Under the pieces are notes generated by a model, which ran no database searches, was not told the origin of the DNA, and saw only the letters and a list, made by a program, of their open reading frames with translations. The translations under genes were made by a program, and so were the position numbers. DNA of 64,000 bases from the human T2T-CHM13v2.0 reference genome, Homo sapiens: assembly GCF_009914755.1 (NCBI RefSeq), contig NC_060925.1; one strand, 5' to 3'. Below, piece by piece: positions 30,016 through 41,821 of the stretch. Each line of letters opens with the position of its first letter. Position 1 is the stretch's first letter.

Positions 30016-30174
30016 ATTTGGAATATAGTTTATCTTTTATAAAAAAATTTTGTGGGTACATAGTAGGTAGATATACCCTAAAGAAAGGAAATGAGTATAT
30101 TGAAGAGATATCTGCACTGCCATGTTTGTTGTAGCATGGTTCACAATAGCTAAGATTTGGAATATAGTTTATCT
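30016..30174 (-). mobile_element. Tiny 5'-inverted L1 insertion with 20-bp TSD
   Basis: atttggaatatagtttatct at 30016-30035 and 30155-30174 flanks an antisense L1 3' end plus a sense L1 segment. Confidence 0.75.
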
Positions 30175-31044
30175 CTTGATTGTGTTTTACGTGGAAATAA
30201 ACTATGAGTATAAAATAGAGTTGATTTTTGTTATACTCTTTGAGCTCCTTTGGAAAAAAATATAGAACTAAGTTGAGCTATGTAGGTATCAACAGCTGCT
30301 GGATTCTGATTGTTGTTTTGGATACTTGTGGTAGAATATTCTGTAAAAGTCCCCCATCTCTGGGTATTTCTGTAAGTGCTGGCCTTGGTCTTGTCCACCA
30401 GCACTATTCCAGTTACCTGGGGCCCCTTAACCTTCACCTCTTGGCTAAGCCTTATCCAGGCTTTAGAAGCAGAAGAAAACTGTAAAGGCTATTGTTCAGC
30501 AGTAAATTTCAAGATGGCATTAATATTAATCTCTCTTGACCCTGAATACTGTTCAACTGGCTTCGGCTTTGTATCTTGACAAAACAGCTCTGCCTTCCAT
30601 TCCATGACTGAATTTGCATCTTGGTTTTCTGCCTAGTTTGCATTTGGAGTTTTGTTTTAATTTCCTACTTTGCCTTGAGAGTACCAGAGCCCTGATCTTA
30701 AACCCTGGTCTCTGTCTCCGGTCTGATACCTGCTTGGCACCAGCTTTTTGTCTTTTATGAAATCTTGGCACCCTCCACTTACTCCCATCTCACCCTATTG
30801 TTCTTAACTCTCCTACTGAGACCTCTAACTTTTACCCACTGCAGGACTCCCTGAGGTTAATTGTTTTCTTCTTTAGATTTCCTTTTTTTTTTTTTTGATT
30901 GCTAGACTTTCCCTGTTTATTTTAGCAATACAGTTGAGTTCTGTTTTATATCTGGGTCCTATGTAATTAATATATAACTAAACTAAAATTCTAGGATCTT
31001 GCCTTCAATTTGGAATGACTTGATGGGAGCATTTAGAAATTACT

Positions 31045-31440
31045 ATTTTTAATTAACACATAATAATTGTACATATTTATGGAGTACAGTATGATATTTC
31101 AGTATATATATACCATGTGTAATGATCAAATTAGGGTAGTCAGCATATCCATCACTTCAGACATTTAGCATTTCTTAGTGTTGGGAACATTCAAAATCCT
31201 CTCATCTAGCTATTTGAAAATATACAATTTATTATTCTTAACTGTAGTTCCCCTTCAGTGCTACAGAACTCTGGAAGTTACTACTCCTATCTAGCTGTAC
31301 TTTTGTATCTGCTCCCCAACCTCTCCCTATCTCCTTTGCCCCCCAACACTTCTCAGTCTCTAGTAACCACTATTCTACTCTCTAATTCTATGAGATCAAC
31401 TTTTTTAGCTTTCATATGTGAGTAAGAACATGGAGTATTT
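31045..31440 (-). mobile_element. L1MA 3' end
   Basis: ataattgtacatatttatggagtacag...aatgatcaaattagggta...tatgagatcaactttttag. Confidence 0.85.
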
Positions 31441-31498
31441 ATTGGAAGCATTGTTATATCCAAAGTATTCTGCTTTAAAGAAGAAAGAAATCTACAGA

Positions 31499-31796
31499 TT
31501 TTTTTTTTTTTTTTTTTTGAGACAGAGTCTCACTCTGTCACTCAGGCTGGAGTGCAGTGACATGATCTAGGCTCACTGCAACCTCCACTTCTCAGATTCA
31601 GGTGATTCTCCTGCCTCAGCCTCCTGAGTAGCTGGGATAACAGGCACCTGCTATCACACCTGGCTAATTTTTGTATTTTTCATAGAGACAGGGTGTCACC
31701 AAGTTGGCCAGTCTGGTCTCGAACTCCTGACCTCAGGTGATCCACCCGCCTCAGCCTCAGTGGTGGGATTATAGGCGTGAGCCACCGTGCCCGGCC
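31499..31796 (-). mobile_element. Alu (AluSx-like)
   Basis: Poly-T head, gacctcaggtgatccacccgcc, TSD tacagat. Confidence 0.93.
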
Positions 31797-33383
31797 TACA
31801 GATGTTCTTTACTCTAAATATAATAGGCATTAGGGAAACACAGAAGAGTAAAATGTATCTCTGCCTTTGAGGAAATATGTTTTTAAATATAGTCATACAT
31901 AGATGCTTTATACAGCCAGTGAATTCAGCTTGTTGCACTGAAGACAGTCCCTTATGTATATGACCCCTGTACTCTGTTTTCACTGGAGCCCTGTGCTCAC
32001 AAAACATTGCTATTAAAACATTTCAGAAATAAGAAAACTCCAGTTAAAATTTTGAGGAACCTTGATTCTTAGAATAAAGATGGACAAGAGATCATTTTTT
32101 CCTAGTGCTCTATAATAATTCCTTTCTACTTAACCTTGATTAATTAAGACATATACATATTTTTACTCATGGAAGGGGCATATTGGAAATATTTAAATTC
32201 TTACAGTCATGCTGTGCTTTTCACAGATGATTGGAACATTGCCCAGGCATAAATGCATCTCATCCTTCCCCCAAACAGTTTGTCAGTTGTTTAACCTAGC
32301 ATAATTTGTTTTTCATGACCAGTAAAAATGACAGTGCTAAAATGTTTTAAAAGGAAATAAAAATAAAATAGAATTATAGCTCTGATTTTTTAAATATTCT
32401 CCTTTTTTCCTTCCTAATCATTCTTTGATATAGTAATGTATCTTAACCTTTGCTTCAATTGTAGGCTATTTTTAACATTGTAAAAACAGAAAATAATCAA
32501 AACTAGGAGTTTTATTTTGTGAAAATGAAAACAGAGAAATTTTATTTTGTGAAAATGAAATAAATTTCAATAAGACAGGTTATACTGCGACAAAATAAAA
32601 TTTCACGGATGCGTTATCACGGTTTCAATGCTTATGTACACATAACCTTCATCCTTTGTATGACTTTGTGGCTAGGAGATTTAATGCACTGACTACTCAC
32701 ATTGATGCTGGGCTGAAGCCTCAAGTTGTTTGAGGAAAAGACCATTTCATGTGCCCAACTATGAAGCATTTAGAATGAAAGGAATACTGAGAACATGTCA
32801 AGAGAGCTCATGCCACTGGAAATTGTACCTTTCTGTAAGAAAGAATGTATCTCAAAACTATAAGATGAGATTGTGTAACCTTCAGACATGTTAGTTCACC
32901 ATAGTATAAAACCGTGGTAAACTATGGTATACTATGGTTTACCATAGTATACTATAGTAGAAGACACACATTTAGCAGCTATTAAAAGATCCAGCTATTG
33001 ATCAGCTAGTACAACTCGTTCTATAGAGTTTGACTTAGATGCTAGAATTTCCTTCATCCCCAAACTACAATTATCATCATAGAGACAAGAGGACACAGAT
33101 CTATGAGTCTCTGGAGCTAGGTAGAAGACAGATTACAGGTAGCCCTTTCCTGAAAAGCCAGGTCAGCTTGTTTTGCTGAATTTTCCATCCTGTAGGTTGA
33201 ATTCTTTTCCAGGAGGCTCTTTGGTTTCCGTAGAAAAAAGTACTTTGTGGTTCCTGCCCTATCGGTTTTCCAGATAGGCTGGGCAGGTCTGAACCCCAGT
33301 GATGGACATAGATTAGACCCAAATTGTCATCCCTGCTGTGATTACTCTGAGGTCACTCATTTAGGATCACTTTTTGCATGCAT

Positions 33384-33416
33384 GTGTGTGTTTGTGTGTG
33401 TGTGTGTGTGTGTGTA
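33384..33416 (+). repeat. (TG)n microsatellite
   Basis: gtgtgtgtttgtgtgtgtgtgtgtgtgtgtgta. Confidence 0.9.
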
Positions 33417-33599
33417 TAATGCATTTTGTATTTATACAGTATTATAGTAGTATATAAACTGTATAATAGTACTTATACAGTTTAACCAGTGAGATGGTTA
33501 AATGGTTAACAAGTAAACCACATAGTTAACCAGTAAAGATGTAAAATGACTTCAGACAAATATGATCAATCTCTACAGTCCCCTGATGAATTTCACAGG

Positions 33600-35547
33600 T
33601 TCCCACCACCATCAGTTCTACCTATTCATCTCATCCATGCTCATTGTTCTGCCTCTTTCCTGTTCCTATGGATGCCCTGGCATGTTTGTTTCTTTCTTTC
33701 TGGCCTCCTATTTCCCTCCCCTCAGACATCACTTCAGCATCTGTGCCTTCTCACTTCCCTTATCCTGGGTGTTACCATTTCAGCCTATGAGCATGCCATT
33801 AATTTGCCATCTTTACAAAATTCTCTCTTGACTTCACATCCCTCTGTAGCTGCCCTCTCCCTTCTCTCCTCTTCTTTACAACAAAACTCCTTAAAAGAAC
33901 TGTTGGCTGGGCACAGTGGTTCACTCCTATAATCCCAGCACTTTCAGAAGCCAAGGTGGGAACATCACTTGAGGCCAAGAGGTCGAGACCAGCCCAGGCA
34001 ACACAGTGAGACCTCATCACTACAAAAAATAAATAAAAATTAGCCAGATGTGGTGGCACACTGCCTGTAGTCCCAGCTACTCAGGAGGCTAGGGTGGGAG
34101 GATCACTTGAGCCCAGGAGGTTGAGGCTGCCTTAAACCTCCTCCTGAAGGATCCTCAAGTTGCCAAATTCTAAGATCCATTCTTAGTCCTCATGTTACTG
34201 GACATGTTGGCAGGGTTTGATGGACGTCTCCTCTTTTCTTGGCTTTGTTTTCCCCTTACTGTTTTCTCCTACCTTCTAAGTCTCCATCTCCTGACCTCTA
34301 AACTTTGGAAAACCCAGGGCCTGGTACTCTGACCTCTTCCCTGTCTAACTCTTGCTTAGTGATCTCATCACTTACCTGACTTGAATGACTACCAAATATA
34401 TATCTCTCACTTGGACTTCTCCATGAACAAAAGATGCATATATCTAGCCGTGAAGATATTTTTGTACAAATTAGAAAAAGCTGCCCTTTCCTCAAGCACA
34501 TGACTGCCATCTTCTGGAAATTTTTCAGAGTAGAGACACCTATCCAAAGACTGAATATGAATGGTGTCTCCTTCAGCTGTGTGGTCCTCAACCTTAGTAG
34601 CAGTGCTTTTTCTCAACTTGGATGGGTGTGTCATGGCCATCACAAGCTTAGTAGGTCCCAACCCACATCCCATCCCATCCCATCCCTTCTCATCCTCTTC
34701 CCTTCAGTCTTTTTCTATTTCAAACTTTTTCTGGTGGCTTAGGTCAAACCCTTTGAAGTTATCCTTGATGCTTCTCTTTCTCTCATATCGCAGCTTAAAT
34801 CCATCAGCAAATTCTGTTGCTTTTTCTTTCAAAATACATTAGAATTTAACCACTCATCACCACCCCACTGTTGCCACCCTGGTCTAAGCCTCAGCAGCTC
34901 TCCCCGGGATGATTTCAATAGTAAGCTTCCTTTCTTGCTCATCATTGTCTGTCCTCAACACAGCATCCACAGTTGTTTCAAACCTAGGTCACAGCATGTT
35001 TCTACTCTACCCCAAATCCTTCAGATGGTCTGCCATCTCACTCAGCGAAAAATCAAAGTCCTTAAAATGGTCCACGGGCCCTCCACATCCAGGCCTGTCC
35101 ACAGCACTGGCCTTGTTTCCCACCTCCCTCCCCTCCACACCGCCCGGTGCTCCAGCCACGTGGACCTGGCTGTCCCTCAACATGCCGAACACACATCTGC
35201 TTTAGGCACTCTGCCCGGATGCCCTTCCATACAGCATGGCCTGCTGCCTTCCTTTCTTGAGTCATTGCTCAAAGGTCACTTTACCCTGTCATGGAAGCCT
35301 TCCTTATCTATACCACATAACCAAGCAACCCCTTTCCCAGAGCATTTGCTATCCCCCTGCTATTTTATTTTCTCCATAGCACTTAGCATCACACACACAC
35401 ATATTGTTTACTCTTTTACCTGATTAGAATTTAAGCTTCGTGAGCCTAGAGACTTATTTTCCCCCCTTAATTATATCCCAATTTCTAAAACAGTTCTTGG
35501 CAAGTAGAGTGATCTCAATAAATATTAATCAAATAAATAAATGAATA
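33600..35547 (+). mobile_element. Long L2 fragment with inserted 3'-truncated Alu
   Basis: Pyrimidine-rich L2 body (aatccatcagcaaattctgttg, ccaccctggtctaagcc) ending ctcaataaatattaatcaaataaataaatgaat. Confidence 0.75.
33905..34130 (+). mobile_element. Alu (AluJ), truncated in right arm
   Basis: ggctgggcacagtggttcac...ggaggttgaggctgc then abrupt end. Confidence 0.9.
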
Positions 35548-35787
35548 CAGGAATCCTTGAATCTGTCTGGGGGACACTATTCTCAACAAGACACTGCAAA
35601 TTGACCAAGGGGTTGACAAAATAAATAAAAATACACAAAGGTTTGAGATGGTCCTGAACAATTATCATCTCTTGATTCCAAGATAAAAGTATTTTCAAGA
35701 GTTTGAGAACTCATTTAAATCTAATTTGAAAATTGCATTGATTTTACACCCTTCCGGAAGGGCATGTTTCCTGCAGAGAAAGCAAGT

Positions 35788-35806
35788 AGGTGCCATCTAG
35801 TGGCAA
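35788..35806 (-). promoter_or_regulatory. CTCF core motif
   Basis: Reverse complement TTGCCACTAGATGGCACCT matches the CTCF consensus CCACYAGRKGGCRC. Confidence 0.65.
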
Positions 35807-36558
35807 CAAAGGAGATCCACATTTGTGTTAACTGGAATGTATCGATTAGCAGTGATTGAAAATGTAGTTCCTGATCCAGAAGCTTATGAACTCTATGACA
35901 GAACAGTTGTGATAGCCATAAGTCTTGAAGGGTGCATTTTCCATGGAATATATGGCATTGAAAAAAACACAGTTCCATTTCTTCTAAATTATTTCTAATT
36001 TTTCCTTTTAATTTTTGCTTGTTTTCTGGGATTTGACTTCTTTTGTTCTTTTGTTTTTCGTATTGTTTTGTCCTCTACTTATCTATATACTCTTACATTC
36101 ACATGGTACTGGCCTAGGCTTTGAATGGGTAATAAAATAAAGGCTCTATCTTCTGGGAATTTATATTCTAATAAAGACAGTGCCTATGAGGGTAAGTATA
36201 GAAGAACATGCCTTATCTTGATGAACTGATCTCTTCAGGCCAGATTTCTGCAGCCTGTTGAGGCTTTACTGTTGGATATACTTCCAGCATTAGAGGAATG
36301 AGCTTTCGGGAGACTTAGCTTGCTGTTTTTCAGAAAGTGGCACATTATATGGAGAAACTAAGATAGAAAGAGAAATACTCATGTCCATGCATGTTGTCAG
36401 GAAAGACAGAAATTAAATCCGTCTCTGATTCTCATTCTAACATCCAAAAAGCTAGGTCATTTCAATTCTTTGGTAAATTAAAGTAGAAACTTTTTGGTCC
36501 ACTTTGGGAGCTTGTGACCTTTCCAGCCAGAGTGGCTGGGGTTGGTACTGGGAAATCT

Positions 36559-36577
36559 TTGCCACCAGAGGGCCTGA
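36559..36577 (+). promoter_or_regulatory. CTCF core motif
   Basis: TTGCCACCAGAGGGCCTGA; core CCACCAGAGGGC matches, 3' end is weaker. Confidence 0.5.
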
Positions 36578-37114
36578 GTGGTGATGTGACAAAGCAAGAT
36601 AAGGGTGTGAGGCCCAGGAAGGAGACAAACTTAGGGTGCTGACACTCACATTAATGCACACGGCCTTTTCACAGCTGAGTAGCACCAGAGGACAAAAGTT
36701 GGACTAGTGGAATATGACAAGAAAGCAGGTTTCATACCAAACATAAATATTTTCCAATCAGAGCTTTTTCCAATGAGATCAAAGTTTCTGTTACCCAATA
36801 GTGGATGGGTCCGAGCAGAGACTGGATGACAACCTGCCAGATTTGTTGAACCTATGAAGGTTCTCTGATTCTCTGGAAGACCTCTTTCTCCCTGCACATG
36901 TAAAAATCCTCCCTACTGTTCAGTATTCAGTCCATACCCCACTTCCTTTTTTGGGTACCACAGCTTAAAATCATCTTTTCTATCTCTACCTTTCTTATCA
37001 TTTTAAGAGCAGGTTAGCATTTACATTATGCTACCTGCATTAATGTTTTTTCTCAGTGGTCTAATCCTTAGCTTTTTGAGTTAATGCTAACCTGCTTGAA
37101 GACACGGACCACAT

Positions 37115-37260
37115 CTGAGCTAAGTGACAAATGATTCTGTATTGTTATCTTTTAGCATTGAAGGTGTATGTAAGACTCTTTTATCCTTTCCACACAGTGT
37201 TAAATCTAACCCTTGTTGATCTACCTGCAGTAACTAAAGTGCCCGTGGGAGATCAGCCAC
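37115..37260 (+). pseudogene. Partial duplicate of DNM3 intron-3 end and 5' part of exon 4 (pseudo-exon)
   Basis: Ungapped match to 39594-39739 (offset 2479) with 5 mismatches in 146 nt. Acceptor AG at 37196-37197 is intact. Confidence 0.95.
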
Positions 37261-37364
37261 AATAGCTCTCTTGCTATTGACCTTGCCATTTCATCTTCAA
37301 GAGTGAATATTAAATGTTTATGATGGGTAATGGTAGTAAAGCTACCAATAATTGCCACATCTGG

Positions 37365-37452
37365 CTTTTTTTTTTTTTTTGAGATGGGGTCTCACTTTCT
37401 TGCCCAGGCTGGAGTGCAGTGGCATGATCACAGCTCACTGCAGCCTCGACCT
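37365..37452 (-). mobile_element. Alu right-arm 3' fragment
   Basis: Poly-T, gagatggggtctcac...cagctcactgcagcctcgacctc. Confidence 0.88.
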
Positions 37453-38308
37453 CACAGGCTCTTATCTGGCATTTGGGTCCAAGATGCTTAGGCATAGTCT
37501 AAGTTTAGTTGTACAATTCTTCATTGAGATATTAGATAAACTAAAATCTTTGTGGAGATTTGTTTCTTTGTTAGATTTATACTCATTTAAAAAATCTAAT
37601 AGTACTGTACTAGCTTTTCTTTTAAATTGTGGTGTTTTTTACATACCTGATTTCTCTCAAAGTAGGTACAGAAATTGATAATACACCAGCTTGTAGGATG
37701 TTACTGAAAATTTAAAAACCCAGTTTTGTTATTTATGTAGTTATTTTAGTGTTTTTCCCTCTGCTGAGGGATTTTTTTAAAATTTTACATTACAGGTAAA
37801 TATTTGCTTTGATATAATACTCTATAACTTTTTTCCTTGAGAAATTGTCTTTGTATAAGTTGATGTGGTATTTTCAATAGTGTGTTTTTAAGCTAAAGGA
37901 TTCCATATATTATTTATTTTTAACAAATTAAATGATTTCCCTTAACTTATTTTGCCTTCTGAAGATATATTTATATAACTTGGCATTCCATCCTGATGAA
38001 ATGGTGATACTGAAGAGGGGAATGCTAACAGAACTCAGAGGTATCCCAGATCTAATGTCTTTAACAATCAGGTGCTGTTGTTTGCTTTATCATTTGGATA
38101 GCCAAAATTTTCTTTAAATTATTTAATAGGCTAGATGGTTTAGGGACTGGTTTTAGTATTTAATTGCTTATCTGAAAATTGGCAAATTTAGCATCTATAG
38201 CATTTGTACTATGTTTAATATTTCTAAAGTATTAATTGTGATTCTTAGTAACTACTGTGTTCTGTGGGATGTTCATGAAGGAAGAAGAGAGAATATTGGA
38301 TACTTTGA

Positions 38309-38542
<234 letters not shown>

Positions 38543-39676
38543 TAAAATAATAAAATTCCAAATTCTTCTCCTCAAACATTTATACTACATTAATTAACAT
38601 ACATCATTTGTACAGAAGATACAAATAGTGCTGGGTTTCTAGGGTATCCTTTGGATACTGCCCATTAATGTTATGGTTCAAAGAGCTCTTAAGACATTTA
38701 AGGAGAGGCAGTAGGAGATGACTTTAATAAAAACAGAATTGAGTTAGTCATCAAATTTTTTCTTCATTTTTATTATAAGCTTTTAGAATTTGAGAAGGGT
38801 ATATATGAAAACTTCCATTTTTCAGTCTTTGCTGAAATCTTAGAGGTACATGTTACTATGGTTGCATCTTCCCCTATTGGATGTCTTGCAGCCATATATA
38901 GTCCTATTTATTTTCTTCCTGAGAAATCAGCTCTGACTTTTTCCCCCAGACTATCGGTAGAAACTTATAAATTAGATAACCAATCCATAATGTGTGATGG
39001 GAAATAACCTGTATGCTGACTAAATTTTTAGTGGGCAAATTTTCATTTCTTATTCCCTACTTAGCTCTATTGCTTTTAAAACAGAATATAAATGACATAA
39101 GCTCAATTATGACTTCCCAAGGGTACTTGGTGCCAACATTGTTTATATGGAGAGGTTGGGCTAGAGTCATGTTGTCACTGACTCTGTTTGTACAGCTGAT
39201 TCAGTAAACCCAGGGCACCACGAATGGCTAACAGCTTTCTACTAGGCTAAGTGGTTAACTTTCTATTAAAAAAAAAAAATGATACTTTTTAAGGAAAGGG
39301 CAGTCTTACCCTGTGAGTTTTTATACCACTTGAAGGCAATGTATAAGACTGGCAGATAGCATATGCATTTCTCATTTGGTGTTTTAATTATAACCCCCTA
39401 GTTACAGATATGACAGCTTTCTGAGCAAACTGTTAGGCATGCAAATCAGTGCCTTTCAAATTATGTTAAAGTGATCATTTGGCATAGCACAATCATATCA
39501 TAAAAATAGAGAAAACTAGCAAAACCATTTTTATTTTATGCTCTTTATTCTACACACATGGGTTGGAGTTGTTCAGATACACAAAGTAGAAGGCTGAGCT
39601 AAGTGACAAATGATTCTGTATTGTTATCTTTTAGCATTGAAGGTGTATGTAAGACTCCTTTATCCTTTCCACACAG

Positions 39677-39880
39677 TGTTAAATCTAACCCTTATTGATC
39701 TACCTGGAATAACTAAAGTGCCTGTGGGAGATCAGCCACCAGATATCGAGTATCAGATCAGAGAAATGATTATGCAGTTCATCACGAGGGAGAACTGTCT
39801 GATTTTAGCTGTTACTCCAGCCAACACTGATCTTGCAAACTCAGATGCGCTGAAGCTAGCTAAAGAAGTTGATCCTCAAG
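39677..39880 (+). CDS. DNM3: Dynamin-3 coding exon (exon 4, 204 nt, phase 1-1), contains G3 motif DLPG
   Basis: Acceptor tttatcctttccacacAG|TG and donor CAAG|GTGAGT. Encodes (V)[67 protein letters not shown], in frame with the previous exon. Confidence 0.97.
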
Positions 39881-40529
39881 GTGAGTGTGTGACTACTAAG
39901 ATGAGAAGGAATTAAAGTGTCAGGAGTTTTGGTATCTTTAAAGGTAACATAAATTCTTAAGATTTGGTTTCATTATAAATAAATTAGCCATTATTAATGT
40001 TGTTAAACCTTTTGTATTTTAAATAGAAAATTCAGTATTTAATATTAAAAAATAATAAATAATTTTAGTAAAGATTTACTAAAATAATGAAATTTATATA
40101 GTCAAAATCTATATAAATCTAAGAATAATGAGATCTAAGAAAACAGGCATTTCTAAGCCTCATGGGCTGCATATTTTAAAAAGTTGGTAAAATAAACTTC
40201 TGGTACAGCAGAATTCAGACAATCTACTAATTATTATGAGTTACCTGCATATGCTTCCAGTGAAAAACCTTTGTGTTTTTTACTTTGTCTTGTTTCTTTA
40301 AAATAGGAAGCTCTAATGCATGTAAGATATTATTTAGCTTATAATTATTTGAGAAAAAATGTACGTATAAGCAGGGATTTATTTGGTATTGTCATCTCAA
40401 TATCCAGAAAAGGTCCTTTCTTATGCGTATGTTTAAACTTTTTACTTCTCTAAGTTGAATAACGACAGTTTATCTTCAGAGACCTCAGTGCTGGCCTTGG
40501 TGTGTGTCTGTTTAAAGTGATTGTGGAAG

Positions 40530-41400
40530 GGCATTCAATGATGTGCCCTTTCAATATGGAGATACATGTTCTTCAGTTCTAGGAATTTTTCTTTTTTGAT
40601 AATTAATTGTCCCAATTTCTTTGTTCTTTTTATCTGTAGTTCTTATTAGCATGTTAGAACTCCTAAATGAATCCTTTATTTCAATCTTTCTCTTCTATAA
40701 TCATTTCTTTGTCTTTTTGTTCTACTTTCTGCAAGATTTTATCAACTTTATCTTCTGCTCTTCTGATTCATTTTAGAGGTTCCAAAAGCATATTTTTACT
40801 TTGTGAATCTTATTTTTATTTTTTAAAATAGCATCATGTTCTTGTTTTCATAAATACAATATCTTCCTCCAAGGACTTTAGTGAGAGCTTTTTGAAGGTT
40901 TTCTTTTGTAATCTACATTGTCTGAATCTATTGTTTTCTGATTGTTTGTTTTTGTCTCTGTCTTTGATGTTAGAGACCTTTTTCAAATGTTTGTCGATCT
41001 TTTGCCGCTTGTTCGTGCATGAGAGTGGAGCACCAAAAAGCTGATTTATGTACATGACAGGGATTCATTGACCAGTGGGTTTTCCCATGGAGTAACTGTG
41101 CTGAGAGTTGACCATTTTGTTAGGAGACTTCCTCAACTGTTAGGTTCTATGAGTATTTTCTCCTGAGCTGGTCTGGTATAAGCCTGATGTCTAGTGTTCT
41201 TGGAGCCAAGAATTGGTGGGTCAGGGGATGGAGTGGGAGGAGGATGGTTCTCACTATTCAGTGTGTACACTTTTAATTAATTCCTCTGCTTTCATGATGG
41301 CATTCCTGAAATTCTTCTGGAGTCCAGAGTCCCTCTGGTTCAACCTCTTTTGAAGCAAGTCTTCAGTACTCTGCTGAGGTTGAGGAAGGGTAGCTATGTG
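40530..41400 (-). mobile_element. Ancient L1/HAL1-like fragment
   Basis: T-rich degenerate sequence with ttcttcagttctagga and ctttttgttctactttctg motifs. Confidence 0.5.
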
Positions 41401-41821
41401 GGTGTGTCCTCTAGGAGCCTTCAGCCAATTCTTTTATTTTCAGCTCTTCCTATACCCTAGCATTGGTTCTCCAATTCTTAGGCCTTTCCAGAATTCTGCA
41501 ATGGTAACTGTTTTTTTCTTCTTGGTTTCCTCCACCATCCCTGAAACTGGGGCTTGTAACAAGCAGGTAGAGGCTCCAGATGACAAGTAAGGACCATCAC
41601 CAGGACTCCCTTTACAGCGTCAGTGGCTTGGAAGAGTCAGATTATAAACTGGGACTGGAATCTAGTTATAAAAATGGTGCTGAACCATTCCTGTCTTACA
41701 GCCTTCTTTCCCATAGGAGATTGAGCCATGGTTGTCTGATTGGGACAGAGAGAGTCATACCATCAGTGAATTCTAGTGAGTTCAGCCCAGTCACATTCCT
41801 GAGGAGTCCACACGTAGTCCA

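Noticed and set aside
34935-35423. 162-aa ORF and overlapping ORFs
   Set aside because: Inside an L2 fossil, with no recognisable protein similarity.
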